A stretch of DNA of 44,646 nt from Bdellovibrionota bacterium (lineage in GTDB: Bacteria > Bdellovibrionota_C > UBA2361 > JBGSMV01), in the NCBI GenBank assembly GCA_044356455.1, contig JBIKWF010000027.1, positions 1-44,646 of the forward strand, in the 5' to 3' direction. This document shows, in pieces, positions 8,711 to 20,298 of this stretch (positions within the stretch are counted from its first letter, which is position 1; the number at the start of each line of letters is the position of its first letter). Made by a program: the position numbers and the translations under genes. Under the pieces are notes generated by a model that did not search any database, was not told the DNA's origin, and saw nothing but the letters and a program-made list of their open reading frames with translations.

Positions 8711-9097
8711 ATGAGCGAAGTAACGTTGGATCAGGTGGAAAATTTCATCGTCAACATGTCGTTGATGGATGCCGCCAGTCTCGTGAAGCGCCTTGAGGAG
8801 AAGCTAGGCGTGTCAGCTGCTGCTCCAGTTGCCATGATGGCTGCTGGTGCACCTGGCGCTGCTGGTGCAGCTCAGGCTGAGGAGAAGACCGAGTTCACAG
8901 TGGTTCTTGATGCCCCTGGCGCTGATCGCGTCAAGGTCATTAAGGTCGTTCGTGAGATCACCGGTCTTGGACTTAAGGAAGCTAAGGACCTTGTAGATGC
9001 AGCCCCCAAGACCTTGAAGGAAGGGGTTTCCAAGGCCGATTCCGACGACATGAAGAAGAAGCTTGAAGAAGCTGGCGCTAAGGTCGTAATTAAGTAA
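8711..9097 (+). CDS. rplL: 50S ribosomal protein L7/L12
   Basis: [13 protein letters not shown] hinge, [30 protein letters not shown] before ATG 8711. Confidence 0.98.
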   Translation: MSEVTLDQVENFIVNMSLMDAASLVKRLEEKLGVSAAAPVAMMAAGAPGAAGAAQAEEKTEFTVVLDAPGADRVKVIKVVREITGLGLKEAKDLVDAAPKTLKEGVSKADSDDMKKKLEEAGAKVVIK

Positions 9098-9407
9098 GAA
9101 ATCGGCGAGATTGTAGGCTCGGTTTCCTTGATTTCGGTGGCGTAGATTTCAGTGCCGTATGGCTCAGAGAATCTACGGATCTGCAAATTTAGGGTAGGGC
9201 TTGTTTCTCGCTCTTGCTGCTCCTAATTCTTGGAGCGCTCGTGGCCTCAAAAGCGCGCATATAGAGCTACACTTCGAATTTTCGAGAAGTTGTTCTAAAT
9301 GCCGCTTAGGAGGCCGCGGGATATCGGCGTTCTGGTGAACCCAGTCGTCCTGTGGCGAGAGCTTCGGGGTCCTTTCCCAAGTTGCTGAAAAGCTTAGGGT
9401 CCGGATC

Positions 9408-9437
9408 TTGCACCTGAAGCAAGTTAGAGCCTATAGT
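9408..9437 (+). promoter_or_regulatory. Putative sigma70 promoter for rpoBC
   Basis: TTGCAC-N18-TATAGT in the 842-bp rplL-rpoB spacer, about 500 nt before the rpoB start. Confidence 0.5.
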
Positions 9438-9939
9438 TCCTGTCCTAAAGGGGAGGGATTAGCTTACTGCTACCCTTTTGTCGTCGGATTTTTACGTCGC
9501 GGCCATCTGTATTTTCCCTGAGAAGGGAGGCTCACTATCGGCAGGGATTTCGAGGCAAGCCAATTTTTTGGTTGACCTGAAGTTTCTGGACCGCGTGATG
9601 AGAAGACTTGGCGGCGGACCGAAGAACAACCCGGCATTCAATCTTGAGCTCGTCATCTTTTTGGTGAGGTGTTCTTGATAGGGTGCTGGAAGAAATTCGG
9701 TTGAATCGGTTTCTTGCTAGAGTAAGAAATCTTTAAATATTTCTGAGCTCAGAATTTTAGTGCGCTTGTTTCTGAAATTATCGCTCAAGAAGTTCTTTTG
9801 GAATAGCTCTGCGCGTAGAGGCTTTTAGAGGCATCCCTCAAAAGTGGCTACGTGGTCAGGGCTGTTTTGCGTTGGATTTACGCAGATAATTTCAGTTGCG
9901 AGTAGTTAGTTTTTTTAGAGAGTTGGGCGCGAGACTGCT

Positions 9940-12900
9940 ATGGCATCAAAAGTAAAGACCAACCTTCGCCTTCGTCGTACTTATTCGAGAATTCGGGAAG
10001 TCACCGAAATTCCGAATTTGATATCGATTCAGAAGCGTTCATACGACCGATTCCTGCAGAAGGATATCGAGCCGGAAAAGAGGGAGGATATCGGTCTTCA
10101 GCGGGTGTTCAAATCCGTATTCCCTGTGAAGGATTACAACGGCACCGCCTCCCTTGAGTTTGTGTCTTACAATCTTGGTGAGCCCAAGTACGACGTTGAC
10201 GAATGCCGAGCACGTGGAATGACGTGGGCGGCTCCTTTGCGCGTCACCATTCAGCTCGTTCTCTGGGACGTAGATCCCGAGTCGGGAGCTCGCAACCTTA
10301 ATGCCCTTAAAGAGGATGTCGTATATTTCGGCGAAATTCCTCTCATGACGGAGAAGGGTACGTTTCTGGTGAACGGCACTGAGCGTGTCATTGTAAGCCA
10401 GCTCCATCGTTCCCCCGGCGTCTTCTTCGACCACGATGATGGGAAGGGGCACGTTTCGGGCAAGTTGCTCTATTCAGCTCGCGTAATCCCTTACCGTGGT
10501 TCGTGGCTTGATTTCGAGTTCGACATCAAAGACGTGCTCTATTGCCGCATTGATCGCCGCAGAAAGTTGAATGCGACGGTTCTCCTTCGAGCGCTTGGAC
10601 TTTCGGCTGACGAGATCCTCGACACCTATTACAAGAAGGATGTCATCACGTTCGGAAAGCGTGGCCTTGTAACCAAAGAGTTCAACGCTGATCAGCTTGA
10701 GGGCCAGAAAGCGTTCCGCGAAATCAAGGTTGGCGGAAAAGTTCTCGTGCGCCAATCCGGCAAGTTCAATCGTGCCGTGATTCGTCGTCTCAAGGAGGCC
10801 GAAGTCGAATCAATTGAGATCGATCCTGATTCAATGTCTGGCATGGTGAGCGCAGATACCATTCTGCGTGCGAATGAAGACATCAAGCACCCCAAGAAGA
10901 ATGAGATTATCGCGACTGCAGGCGAAATTCTCATGGGCTGGGAGTCGATCAAGGAGAGACTCCATAAGATTGTTGAGAACCTCGACGAGGAAGTCGTCAA
11001 GGGCCTCCTCGCCAAGTTCTCGGTGCTCATCTACGCCGGTGAAGAGATTACCCCTGATAAGGTGAACTCGAAGGGTGAGACGGTAGATCAGGGAACGCTC
11101 TCGCTCCTTAGAGATTTGAAGATCACGTCTCTTCGCGTGCTGTACACCGATGACCATCACATTGGTGACGCGCTGCTTAAGACGCTCAACACGGACAAGA
11201 TGTCGCCTGAGCGTGACGACTTGTACTCGCGCCTCGCGGGCAAGCCAACGACCGACAGTCTCATCGAGATTTACCGTCGTCTTCGTCCGGGCGATCCGCC
11301 ACGTCCTGAAACGGCGAGTGCCACGTTTAAGAATCTTTTCTTTAATCCTGAGCGCTATGACCTTTCGGACATTGGTCGCTACAAGATTAATCACAAGCTT
11401 TACGTCTCTCAGGGACGCGAAGCGCCTCCCCTTGACCTTGGGGTTTTGACGCCTCAAGACATCAAGGAGAGCATTCGTTACTTGCTTGAGCTCCGCAACT
11501 CGACTGACGGCCAGAAGTACTCGATTGATGATATCGACCATCTTGGAAATCGTCGCGTGCGAGCCGTGGGCGAGCTTATCGAGAACCAATATCGCATCGG
11601 ACTTGTCCGCATGGAGCGCGCCGTTAAGGAGCGCATGGGCATGCAGGATGTCGACACGTTGGTGCCGCAAGACTTGATTAACTACAAGCCGGTTGCGGCA
11701 GTAGTGAAAGAGTTCTTCGGATCCTCGCAGCTCTCGCAGTTCATGGATCAAACCAATCCGCTCTCTGAGGTTACGCATAAGCGGAGACTTTCCGCCCTTG
11801 GACCAGGCGGTTTGACTCGCGATCGCGCGGGATTCGAAGTGCGCGACGTAAATCCGACCCACTACGGTCGCATTTGCCCGATTGAGACGCCGGAAGGACC
11901 GAATATCGGACTTATTTCCTCGCTCGCCGTGTATGCGCGCGTCAATGAGTTCGGATTCCTTGAGACGCCTTATCGTGTCGTGAATAACGACGGCGCAGTA
12001 ACGGATGATATTGTGTACCTCTCGGCTCTTGAAGAAGAGAGAGACACGATCGCACCTGCCAGCGTGAAGATCGACGGCAAGGGCAAGTTCGAGGAGAATT
12101 CACTTCCCGCTCGTAAGAACGGAGAGTACATCCTCACTCCTCCCGCTGATGTTAATAAGGTTGACGTTAGTCCGAAGCAGATTGTGAGCGTCGCGGCCTC
12201 TCTCATCCCGTTCCTTGAGAACGATGATGCGAACCGCGCCCTGATGGGATCCAACATGCAGCGCCAAGCGGTGCCGTGTCTTGTTACCCAGGCTCCTATG
12301 GTTGGTACTGGAATGGAGCACATCGTGGCTCGCGATTCCGTGGCCACCGTCTCGACGAAGCGTGCGGGATCTATCGTTTCGGTAGATGCAGAGCGCATTG
12401 TGGTGAAGGCTGACAAGATGACGGATGACCCGCTTGATACAGGCGTGGATATCTACAATCTCGTGAAGTATCGCCGTTCCAACCAAAATACGTGCATCAC
12501 CCAGAAGCCGATTGTGCGAGCGGGTGAGCGAGTTGCGGCAGGTGAGGTAGTAGCAGACGGACCAAGTACGGAAATGGCTGAGCTCGCGCTCGGACAGAAC
12601 TGCCTTGTCGCCTTCATGCCTTGGAATGGGTACAACTTCGAAGACTCAATTCTCATCAACGAGAACTTGGTCAAACGCGACATCTTCACTTCGATTCATA
12701 TCGAAGAGTTCGAATGTATCGCGCGCGATACCAAGCTCGGTCGTGAGGAAATTACGCGCGACATTCCGAATGTTGGTGAAGAGGCGCTCAAGAACCTCGA
12801 TGAGTCCGGCATTATTCGCATTGGAGCTGAGGTTGCCCCGGGAGACATTCTCGTTGGTAAGATCACTCCGAAGAGCGAAACCCAGCTTAGCCCTGAAGAG

Positions 12901-14436
12901 AAGCTCCTAAGAGCAATCTTCGGTGAGAAGGCTGGTGAGGTGCGTGATACGAGCTTGAAGCTCCCTCCAGGTGTGGAAGGAACGATCATTGCCGCCCAGG
13001 TATTCTCGCGTAAGGGCACCGATAAGGATGAGCGCATGCTGGCTATCGAGAAGCGCGAAATTGCGCGTCTCGAGCAGGACCAGAAGGATGAAATTAACAT
13101 CATCCGTGACGCTGCCATCAACGAGATTAAGGAGTTGCTCTCAGGTAAAGAGATTGCCGCTCGACTCGTTGACGATAAGCGTCAGCAGCTCGTAGCGAAG
13201 GGGACAATTATTACCCCAGAGCTCTTGGAGTCTCTGCCTTTCGAATACCTCCGCGACATTCAGGTAGGTGATGAGCCAGCCCAGGAAACCGTCAGCCGAA
13301 TTGTGGTGCGTGCAGGACAGCGCATCAACAACAAGCGTGCGGCGCTTTCTGAGAAAATTAAGCGCCTCAAGGAAGGTGATGAGTTGGCTCCTGGCGTCAT
13401 TAAGATGGTTAAGGTCTTCGTCGCTATCAAGCGCAAGATCCAGGTTGGTGACAAGCTCGCCGGACGCCATGGTAACAAGGGTGTGCTTTCGAAGGTCGTT
13501 CCCGTCGAAGACATGCCGTACCTAGCGGACGGAACGCCGGTAGATGTTGTTCTCAATCCTCTGGGCGTGCCTTCTCGAATGAACGTCGGTCAAATTCTTG
13601 AGACTCACCTCGGGTGGGCTTCTTGGAGAGTAGGCCGCGTAGTCGAGGATATGCTTGAGCAGATTGTTGATCCGCACTCGGGTGCCGACAGACTTGGCGT
13701 CACTGCTGAACAGAAGAAAGAGATGGTAGGGAGACTTCGCAATCTTCTCCGTCTTGCTCTTCCTGATAAGGAGCAGGCAAAACTCATCGATGGGCTGGGT
13801 GACAACGATGTCATCGAGTTAGCGAGGCGTGAGCGCCGCGGTATCCATGTGGCATCACCGGTATTCGATGCGGCAACAGAGGGAGATATTGAATCCCTCA
13901 TGAAGCTCACGGACACCGATCCTCGTGGACAGGTTCAGTTGTATGATGGACGGACAGGCGAAGCGTTTGCTGAGCGTTGCACCGTCGGCGTCATGTACAT
14001 GCTGAAACTTGACCACTTGGTTGATGACAAGATCCATGCTCGCTCGATTGGACCTTACTCGCTGGTTACCCAGCAGCCTCTTGGCGGTAAGGCACAGTTC
14101 GGAGGACAGAGACTCGGAGAAATGGAAGTGTGGGCGCTTGAAGCGTACGGCGCTGCGTACACCCTTCAAGAGTTCCTCACGGTCAAGTCCGACGATGTCG
14201 CCGGTCGTACTCGGATGTACGAGTCGATTGTGAAGGGTGAGCACGTTCTTGAACCAGGTCTCCCAGAGTCATTCAACGTAATGATGAAGGAGCTTCAGTC
14301 CTTGGCTCTTGATGTTGAGCTTGTGGAAGAGGGTGCGGAGGCAGTTGATGCCGCAGCCCCGACGGCTGAAGACGGCGTGCCCGCAGGAGATGCGGCTTCG
14401 AATGGGGTAGCTGCTGGCGCAGCCCCTGCAGCGTAG
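9940..14436 (+). CDS. rpoB: DNA-directed RNA polymerase subunit beta
   Basis: [57 protein letters not shown]. Confidence 0.99.
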   Translation: MASKVKTNLRLRRTYSRIREVTEIPNLISIQKRSYDRFLQKDIEPEKREDIGLQRVFKSVFPVKDYNGTASLEFVSYNLGEPKYDVDECRARGMTWAAPLRVTIQLVLWDVDPESGARNLNALKEDVVYFGEIPLMTEKGTFLVNGTERVIVSQLHRSPGVFFDHDDGKGHVSGKLLYSARVIPYRGSWLDFEFDIKDVLYCRIDRRRKLNATVLLRALGLSADEILDTYYKKDVITFGKRGLVTKEFNADQLEGQKAFREIKVGGKVLVRQSGKFNRAVIRRLKEAEVESIEIDPDSMSGMVSADTILRANEDIKHPKKNEIIATAGEILMGWESIKERLHKIVENLDEEVVKGLLAKFSVLIYAGEEITPDKVNSKGETVDQGTLSLLRDLKITSLRVLYTDDHHIGDALLKTLNTDKMSPERDDLYSRLAGKPTTDSLIEIYRRLRPGDPPRPETASATFKNLFFNPERYDLSDIGRYKINHKLYVSQGREAPPLDLGVLTPQDIKESIRYLLELRNSTDGQKYSIDDIDHLGNRRVRAVGELIENQYRIGLVRMERAVKERMGMQDVDTLVPQDLINYKPVAAVVKEFFGSSQLSQFMDQTNPLSEVTHKRRLSALGPGGLTRDRAGFEVRDVNPTHYGRICPIETPEGPNIGLISSLAVYARVNEFGFLETPYRVVNNDGAVTDDIVYLSALEEERDTIAPASVKIDGKGKFEENSLPARKNGEYILTPPADVNKVDVSPKQIVSVAASLIPFLENDDANRALMGSNMQRQAVPCLVTQAPMVGTGMEHIVARDSVATVSTKRAGSIVSVDAERIVVKADKMTDDPLDTGVDIYNLVKYRRSNQNTCITQKPIVRAGERVAAGEVVADGPSTEMAELALGQNCLVAFMPWNGYNFEDSILINENLVKRDIFTSIHIEEFECIARDTKLGREEITRDIPNVGEEALKNLDESGIIRIGAEVAPGDILVGKITPKSETQLSPEEKLLRAIFGEKAGEVRDTSLKLPPGVEGTIIAAQVFSRKGTDKDERMLAIEKREIARLEQDQKDEINIIRDAAINEIKELLSGKEIAARLVDDKRQQLVAKGTIITPELLESLPFEYLRDIQVGDEPAQETVSRIVVRAGQRINNKRAALSEKIKRLKEGDELAPGVIKMVKVFVAIKRKIQVGDKLAGRHGNKGVLSKVVPVEDMPYLADGTPVDVVLNPLGVPSRMNVGQILETHLGWASWRVGRVVEDMLEQIVDPHSGADRLGVTAEQKKEMVGRLRNLLRLALPDKEQAKLIDGLGDNDVIELARRERRGIHVASPVFDAATEGDIESLMKLTDTDPRGQVQLYDGRTGEAFAERCTVGVMYMLKLDHLVDDKIHARSIGPYSLVTQQPLGGKAQFGGQRLGEMEVWALEAYGAAYTLQEFLTVKSDDVAGRTRMYESIVKGEHVLEPGLPESFNVMMKELQSLALDVELVEEGAEAVDAAAPTAEDGVPAGDAASNGVAAGAAPAA

Positions 14437-14446
14437 CTGCCGAAGT

Positions 14447-14499
14447 CCTTGGTGGAGGCGCCTTCTCGTGGTTGCTACGAGAAAGGCGCCGCACCAGGG
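14447..14499 (+). other. Long stem-loop in the rpoB-rpoC spacer
   Basis: ccttggtg-ga-ggcgcctt-ctcgtgg / ctacgag-a-aaggcgcc-g-caccaggg; about 23 bp, no U tract, so more likely stabiliser or RNase site than terminator. Confidence 0.6.
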
Positions 14500-14596
14500 C
14501 GGCACTCGGTGCCTTGGGAAGCCTCACGGCTTCAGCTTGAGTCTGTAAGAATTGTAGAGTTTTGTTTCACTAAGTTTTAAATTCGAGGTGCTTCGT

Positions 14597-17500
14597 ATGA
14601 GCATGGACGATCTTTTTAGTCTCTTTGAGAAGCCAAAGAACCCAATCAAGTTCAACGCGCTTCAAATTAAGATTGCGAGCCCTGAGAAAATTAAGAGCTG
14701 GTCGTTTGGTGAAGTCACCAAGCCTGAGACCATCAACTACCGAACGCTTAAGCCCGAGCGAGACGGTCTCTTTTGCGCAAAGATTTTTGGTCCGGTTAAG
14801 GACTACGAATGCATTTGCGGAAAATATAAGCGCCTTCGTCACCGCGGCGTAGTCTGCGAGAAGTGCGGCGTTGAAGTTATTCAGTCGAAGGTGCGCCGTG
14901 AGCGCATGGGGCATATCGATCTCGCTTGTCCCGTCGCGCACATTTGGTTCCTCAAGAGCTTGCCAAGTCGTATTGGCGCGGTCCTTGATGTGACTCTTCG
15001 CGACCTTGAGAAGGTGCTCTATTTCGAGAACTACATCGTCACTGATATCGGCGAGACCGACCTCGAATACGCCCAGCTTCTCACCGAGAGAGAGTACCGC
15101 ATGCTTCGCGAGCAGTATGGTTCGCGTTTCACAGCGGGCATGGGTGCTGACACCATTCTTGAGATGCTTCAAAAAATTGAAGTCGATAAGCTCTGCACCG
15201 AGCTGCGCATCGAGCTTAAAGCGGTAACCTCGGAAGCCAAGCGCAAGAAAATTGCAAAGCGCCTCAAGGTTCTGACGTCATTCCAGATGAGCGGGAACAA
15301 GCCTGACTGGATGATTATGACGGTAGTTCCGGTTATCCCACCGGATCTTCGTCCTCTTGTGCCTCTTGATGGTGGACGGTTTGCGACAAGCGATCTTAAC
15401 GATCTCTATCGCCGCGTGATTAACCGCAATAACCGTCTCAAGCGCCTGATTGAGCTTAAAGCCCCCGATATTATCATCAGAAACGAGAAGCGCATGCTTC
15501 AAGAGTCTGTTGATGCGCTCTTCGACAATGGTCGCCGCGGTAGAACCATCACTGGTCCTAACAAGCGTCCGCTCAAGTCTCTTTCCGACATGCTTAAGGG
15601 TAAAGGCGGACGTTTCCGTCAGAACCTTCTCGGAAAGCGTGTGGACTACTCAGGCCGTTCCGTAATCGTGGTCGGTCCCGAGCTGAGACTCCATCAGTGC
15701 GGACTCCCCAAGAAGATGGCTCTCGAGCTCTTTAAACCCTTCATCTACAACAAACTCGAAGAGCGTGGGTATGTAACCACGATCAAGAGCGCCAAGAAGA
15801 TGGTGGAGAAGGAGAAGCCAGTCGTATGGGATATTCTTGATGAAGTGATCAAGGAGCATCCGGTGCTTCTGAATCGTGCGCCAACGCTGCACAGACTTGG
15901 AATTCAAGCTTTTGAGCCGCTCCTCATTGAAGGTAAGGCGATTCAGCTTCATCCTCTCGTTTGTACGGCCTTTAACGCCGACTTCGACGGTGACCAAATG
16001 GCCGTCCACGTGCCGCTTTCAATTGAAGCGCAAGTGGAGTCTCGCGTTCTCATGATGTCCACGAACAACATCCTCAGTCCTCGAGATGGAAAGCCCATCA
16101 TCGTGCCGTCTCAGGATATCGTTCTTGGTCTCTACTACATGACGCGTGAGCGTCCGTTTGCGGCTGGCGAAGGCAAGATTTTCTCCAACGCGGATGAGGT
16201 ATGGCTCGCATGGCAAGCCCGTGAGGTTAATCTCCAGGCTCGTATTAAGTGCCGTATTGAGAAGGCCCTTGTAGAGACTACGGTCGGAAGAGTGCTCTTG
16301 TATCATTTGATGCCGCGCGCGCTTCCCTTCAAGAGCTACAACAAGGTCTTCAAGAAGAAGGAAATCGGAAATCTTATCGATGATTGTTTCCGTGTCTCTG
16401 GCAATAAGGCGACGGTTATCCTCGCTGACCGCCTGAAAGACATCGGATATCAGTTCGCGACGGAAGCGGGTATTTCCATCGGTCTGCACGACATGCTTAT
16501 TCCGCCGTCGAAGCGCACGCTTCTTGACGACGCTGATTCGCGTGTAGGTGAAATCGATAATCAGTACCAGGAAGGTTTGATTACCTCTGGTGAGCGCTAC
16601 AATAAGGTCATCGATATTTGGTCTGACGTGGGTGATAGAATCGCCGACGACATGATGCAGGGAATTTCGACCGCCGAATTCAAGTCACCCGTTGGTGGTG
16701 ATTCGAAGAAAGGCCCGTCGTTTAACTCCATCTTCATCATGGCCGACTCCGGTGCGCGTGGTTCTAACCAGCAGATTCGTCAGCTCGCAGGTATGCGAGG
16801 ACTCATGGCGAAACCTGACGGTTCCATCATCGAGCAGCCGATTAAGGCGAATTTGCGTGAAGGATTGAGCGTTCTACAGTATTTCGTATCGACTCACGGT
16901 GCTCGTAAGGGTCTCGCAGATACGGCACTTAAGACCGCGAACTCCGGATATCTCACTCGTCGACTTGTTGACGTGGCCCAAGATTGCATCGTTACCGAGC
17001 GCGATTGTGGAACCACTGATGGCATGTTCGTTTCCTCCCTAGTAGAGGGCGGAGAAGAGATCGAGTCACTCACGAATCGTATTCTTGGACGTGTTGCCGC
17101 TGAGGACATCCGCGACCCAATTACCAATGAAGTTTTGGTAAGCAGGGGCGAGGAGATCGAAGAAGAGCAGGCAGCGGCAATTACCGCAGCTGGTCTCGAT
17201 ACCGTCTTCATCCGTTCCGTTCTGACGTGCGAGTCTGAGCGCGGCGTATGCATCCGTTGCTACGGCCGTGACCTTGCGCGCGGACATGTGGTCAACCTTG
17301 GTGAGGCCGTTGGTGTTATCGCCGCGCAGTGTATCGGTGAGCCTGGTACTCAGCTGACGATGCGTACGTTCCACATCGGTGGTGCGGCCTCCGGTCGAGC
17401 AGAGCAAACCTCACTCGAGTCGCGTTACCCTGGAAAGATTAAGTTTGAGGGCGTGCGCCTTGCCACTCGTAAGGATGGTACGTCGGTAGTGATGAGCCGT

Positions 17501-18727
17501 AAATCGGAGATCATTATCTACGATCCAAACGACAACCGTGAGCGTGAGCGCCATCAGTTGGTGTACGGAGCAAGACTTAAGCTCAAGGAAGGGGATGCGG
17601 TCGACGCGGGCCAGATTGTGGCCGAGTGGGATCCGTTCACTATCCCGATTCTTTCTGAACTCGCAGGTCGTGTCGAATGGCATGATATCAACGAGTACAC
17701 GATGGAAGAGCGCACCGACGAGCGCACGGGCTTCTCTGAACGAGAAATCGTGCAATCGAAGGACAAGGCTTCTGACTTCCGTCCACGCGTCGTTATCTAC
17801 GGTGAGAATGGCGAGACCCGAGTCTACAACTTGCCGGTCGGCGTCCGTGTAACCGTCGAGCACAATTCCGATATCGACGCCGGTGACGTCGTCGCGAAAC
17901 GTGAGCGTGCAACAACAAAGACGAAGGACATTACTGGTGGTCTTCCTCGCGTGGTCGAGCTCTTCGAGGCTCGCCGTCCGAAGGATCCTGCTGAGGTGTC
18001 TGAAGTTGATGGTGTGGTTGACTTCGGTGAAGACGTACGCGGTAAGCGTAAGATCATCGTCGCGCCTGATGCCGGTGAGCCGCGTGAGTATCTCATTCCG
18101 AAGACCAAGCATATCGCGGTTCAGAAAGGTGATCGCGTGAAGGCTGGTGAGGCTATTACGGATGGTGCCGTGAATCCTCATGAGATTCTTCGTATCGAAG
18201 GAATCACGCCTCTTGCCGCTTACATGGTGAACGAGGTTCAGGAAATTTACCGTCTCCAAGGTGTGCGTATTAATGATAAGCACATTGAGGTAATCGTGCG
18301 TCAGATGATGAAGCGCGTGAAGGTCATTGATCCTGGTGATACGCTCTTCTTGCCTGGTGAGGCGTACGAGCGTCATCGCGTGATGCTTGATAACCAAGAA
18401 GTAGTAGCAAGTGGCGGCAAACCCGCTTCGTATGAGCCGCTCCTGCTTGGTATTACCAAAGCATCGCTCTCGACTGATTCATTCATCTCGGCAGCAAGCT
18501 TCCAAGAGACCACTAAGGTTCTCACCGAAGCTGCCGTCTCGGGTCGCGTGGATTACCTCAGAGGCTTGAAAGAAAACGTCATCATGGGACGACTCATTCC
18601 GGCCGGTTCGGGTGTGATTGAGTACGGTCAGAAGAACATTAAGGTGGAGGGCAGCGAGCCCGTACCAGTGAAAACTGAGTCTCGGATTAGCCAAACTTCA
18701 CTAGAATCACTGGCGGGACTGCTTTAA
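14597..18727 (+). CDS. rpoC: DNA-directed RNA polymerase subunit beta'
   Basis: N-terminal Zn finger, NADFDGDQM active site, [17 protein letters not shown]3-type insertion, [11 protein letters not shown] 14597 follows GAGGTG. Confidence 0.99.
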   Translation: MSMDDLFSLFEKPKNPIKFNALQIKIASPEKIKSWSFGEVTKPETINYRTLKPERDGLFCAKIFGPVKDYECICGKYKRLRHRGVVCEKCGVEVIQSKVRRERMGHIDLACPVAHIWFLKSLPSRIGAVLDVTLRDLEKVLYFENYIVTDIGETDLEYAQLLTEREYRMLREQYGSRFTAGMGADTILEMLQKIEVDKLCTELRIELKAVTSEAKRKKIAKRLKVLTSFQMSGNKPDWMIMTVVPVIPPDLRPLVPLDGGRFATSDLNDLYRRVINRNNRLKRLIELKAPDIIIRNEKRMLQESVDALFDNGRRGRTITGPNKRPLKSLSDMLKGKGGRFRQNLLGKRVDYSGRSVIVVGPELRLHQCGLPKKMALELFKPFIYNKLEERGYVTTIKSAKKMVEKEKPVVWDILDEVIKEHPVLLNRAPTLHRLGIQAFEPLLIEGKAIQLHPLVCTAFNADFDGDQMAVHVPLSIEAQVESRVLMMSTNNILSPRDGKPIIVPSQDIVLGLYYMTRERPFAAGEGKIFSNADEVWLAWQAREVNLQARIKCRIEKALVETTVGRVLLYHLMPRALPFKSYNKVFKKKEIGNLIDDCFRVSGNKATVILADRLKDIGYQFATEAGISIGLHDMLIPPSKRTLLDDADSRVGEIDNQYQEGLITSGERYNKVIDIWSDVGDRIADDMMQGISTAEFKSPVGGDSKKGPSFNSIFIMADSGARGSNQQIRQLAGMRGLMAKPDGSIIEQPIKANLREGLSVLQYFVSTHGARKGLADTALKTANSGYLTRRLVDVAQDCIVTERDCGTTDGMFVSSLVEGGEEIESLTNRILGRVAAEDIRDPITNEVLVSRGEEIEEEQAAAITAAGLDTVFIRSVLTCESERGVCIRCYGRDLARGHVVNLGEAVGVIAAQCIGEPGTQLTMRTFHIGGAASGRAEQTSLESRYPGKIKFEGVRLATRKDGTSVVMSRKSEIIIYDPNDNRERERHQLVYGARLKLKEGDAVDAGQIVAEWDPFTIPILSELAGRVEWHDINEYTMEERTDERTGFSEREIVQSKDKASDFRPRVVIYGENGETRVYNLPVGVRVTVEHNSDIDAGDVVAKRERATTKTKDITGGLPRVVELFEARRPKDPAEVSEVDGVVDFGEDVRGKRKIIVAPDAGEPREYLIPKTKHIAVQKGDRVKAGEAITDGAVNPHEILRIEGITPLAAYMVNEVQEIYRLQGVRINDKHIEVIVRQMMKRVKVIDPGDTLFLPGEAYERHRVMLDNQEVVASGGKPASYEPLLLGITKASLSTDSFISAASFQETTKVLTEAAVSGRVDYLRGLKENVIMGRLIPAGSGVIEYGQKNIKVEGSEPVPVKTESRISQTSLESLAGLL

Positions 18728-18781
18728 GGGCCCTGTTGGTGAACAAGTACCCTGGGCAAGCACTGCTCAGGTACGTTATTC

Positions 18782-18832
18782 TCCCCGTGTAGAAGATGCC
18801 TTCAAGGGTCTTCTACGCGGGGAATTTTTTTT
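18782..18832 (+). terminator. Rho-independent terminator after rpoC
   Basis: tccccgtgtagaaga / tcttctacgcgggga stem followed by a run of 8 T. Confidence 0.85.
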
Positions 18833-18973
18833 GCATGGCTGCGAAAGATTTCGGCGTTATGCTTATGAGGGTTAACGCGTAGGACCCAGCGGGCGGGAAG
18901 GGGAGCGTGAAGTCTTTCTTAGATTCCCTGGGTAACGTCTGGCACAAGAAAAATTGAACGGAGAAAAGTAATC

Positions 18974-19477
18974 TTGGGCTCTTGGGAAGAAACCATAGCG
19001 TACCTTTTTAACACGAAGCTTCTTATCGCTGCCGGACTTGGTTCACTTATTGGACTGGAGCGAGAGCTATCTGGCAAAGATCCTAGTTTGCGGACCTTCG
19101 CGCTCATTTCTCTCGGGAGCTGTGTTTTTGGGATGGTGTCGATTCTTTCGGTAGAAGGTATCGAGCACGGAGATCCATCACGCGTAGCAGCCCAGGTCGT
19201 AACGGGTATCGGCTTTCTTGGTGCGGGAGCGATCTTTCGCTCGTCGATGGGTGTTTCTGGCTTAACGACCGCAGCGCTGATGTGGGTAACCGCCGCGCTT
19301 GGTCTCGCAGTAGCCTATGGGCACATTGACATCGCTGTTTCCGCCACTATGGTGGCGCTCCTCTGCACGCTAGGACTACGCATCGTGCATCGGCTCATTC
19401 GGATGGTGAGACCAGAAGAGCCCTCTTACGGGACCAAGGGCACCTCCAACGGAACTAAAGTTTCTTCAATAGAGTAG
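18974..19477 (+). CDS. MgtC/SapB family membrane protein
   Basis: LIGLERE, LRTFAL, DPSRVAAQVVTGIGFLGAGAI, GLTTAALMW motifs; TTG start is uncertain. Confidence 0.9.
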   Translation: MGSWEETIAYLFNTKLLIAAGLGSLIGLERELSGKDPSLRTFALISLGSCVFGMVSILSVEGIEHGDPSRVAAQVVTGIGFLGAGAIFRSSMGVSGLTTAALMWVTAALGLAVAYGHIDIAVSATMVALLCTLGLRIVHRLIRMVRPEEPSYGTKGTSNGTKVSSIE

Positions 19478-20087
19478 CGCATCGTGAGCGTAGCATTTCA
19501 CTGACCCAGAGGGATTCGGTGAGGTATGGCACTGAGCGCGTGTCAGCTCGGTTCAAAATTAGCAGTTGCAGGGAATCAGACTTTGCTCGAACTTTGCTCG
19601 AAAGAAGTTCAAGGCTGTTGCGGCGATGCTCTCGCAGATAGTGCAGGGCGATTTCTTTCACGTTCGAAGAGATGCTGGCCTCACGAGCGATTTCTCGCAG
19701 AATTTCTACCACGTTCGACTGCACGTTTTCCGGGGAAGCATCCAGGTATTTTGGGTTTGGAAGTCTGTCGATCCAAGAGGCGAGTGCAGCATCGGAAGCA
19801 GCGCCGTAAGTTGCGCTAAGACGAGCTCGAAGCTCAGTAAGTGAGGAAATTTCAGCCGGAGCAGCGCCAAGCAACTCGGCAGCAAATGAGATTTCCATCG
19901 CAGTGGCGCTTGAATCATGCTGAGGGAGGTGAGACTCAGAGGGGGTGCCAGAGGAAGAGGAGGCAGAAGAGCTGAGGCTAGAAGTAGGGACACTGCTGCG
20001 CGGCACAAGTCGTAGGTGCCTTCGGTGTTGAGCTACAGGAGTCCCGCTGCGCGGGCCATCATGGGTTATGGCCATGAGAAACAGCAT
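19455..20087 (-). CDS. Hypothetical protein (Ser-rich disordered N-terminus, helical C-terminal part)
   Basis: 210-codon ORF filling the gap between two + strand genes, AAGG 9 nt before ATG, overlaps mgtC 3' end by 23 bp; no family recognised. Confidence 0.6.
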   Translation of the reverse strand: MLFLMAITHDGPRSGTPVAQHRRHLRLVPRSSVPTSSLSSSASSSSGTPSESHLPQHDSSATAMEISFAAELLGAAPAEISSLTELRARLSATYGAASDAALASWIDRLPNPKYLDASPENVQSNVVEILREIAREASISSNVKEIALHYLREHRRNSLELLSSKVRAKSDSLQLLILNRADTRSVPYLTESLWVSEMLRSRCATLLKKL

Positions 20088-20298
20088 ACCGCATACCTTG
20101 AGCTAACCTAGCCCCGAGAGATACTTTTTCTAATAAATAAGCTTAGCAATTACAGCTTGTTAGTGGCGTCCTGGCAATCTCCATCCCGAGGACCCGTTTG
20201 TGGTAGTTGCCTCTTCCTACGCCTTTTGGAGCTAATTAAGGTTCCGTGAAACATGACTCATGGTTCGGAATGCGGCGCATTCGGATATGCTTTGTGCT

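Noticed and set aside
10831..11862. 343-aa antisense ORF in rpoB (also 17411..18397 in rpoC, 24026..24667 in fusA and many shorter ones)
   Set aside because: Shadow ORFs expected opposite highly expressed genes with biased codon use; no recognisable motifs.
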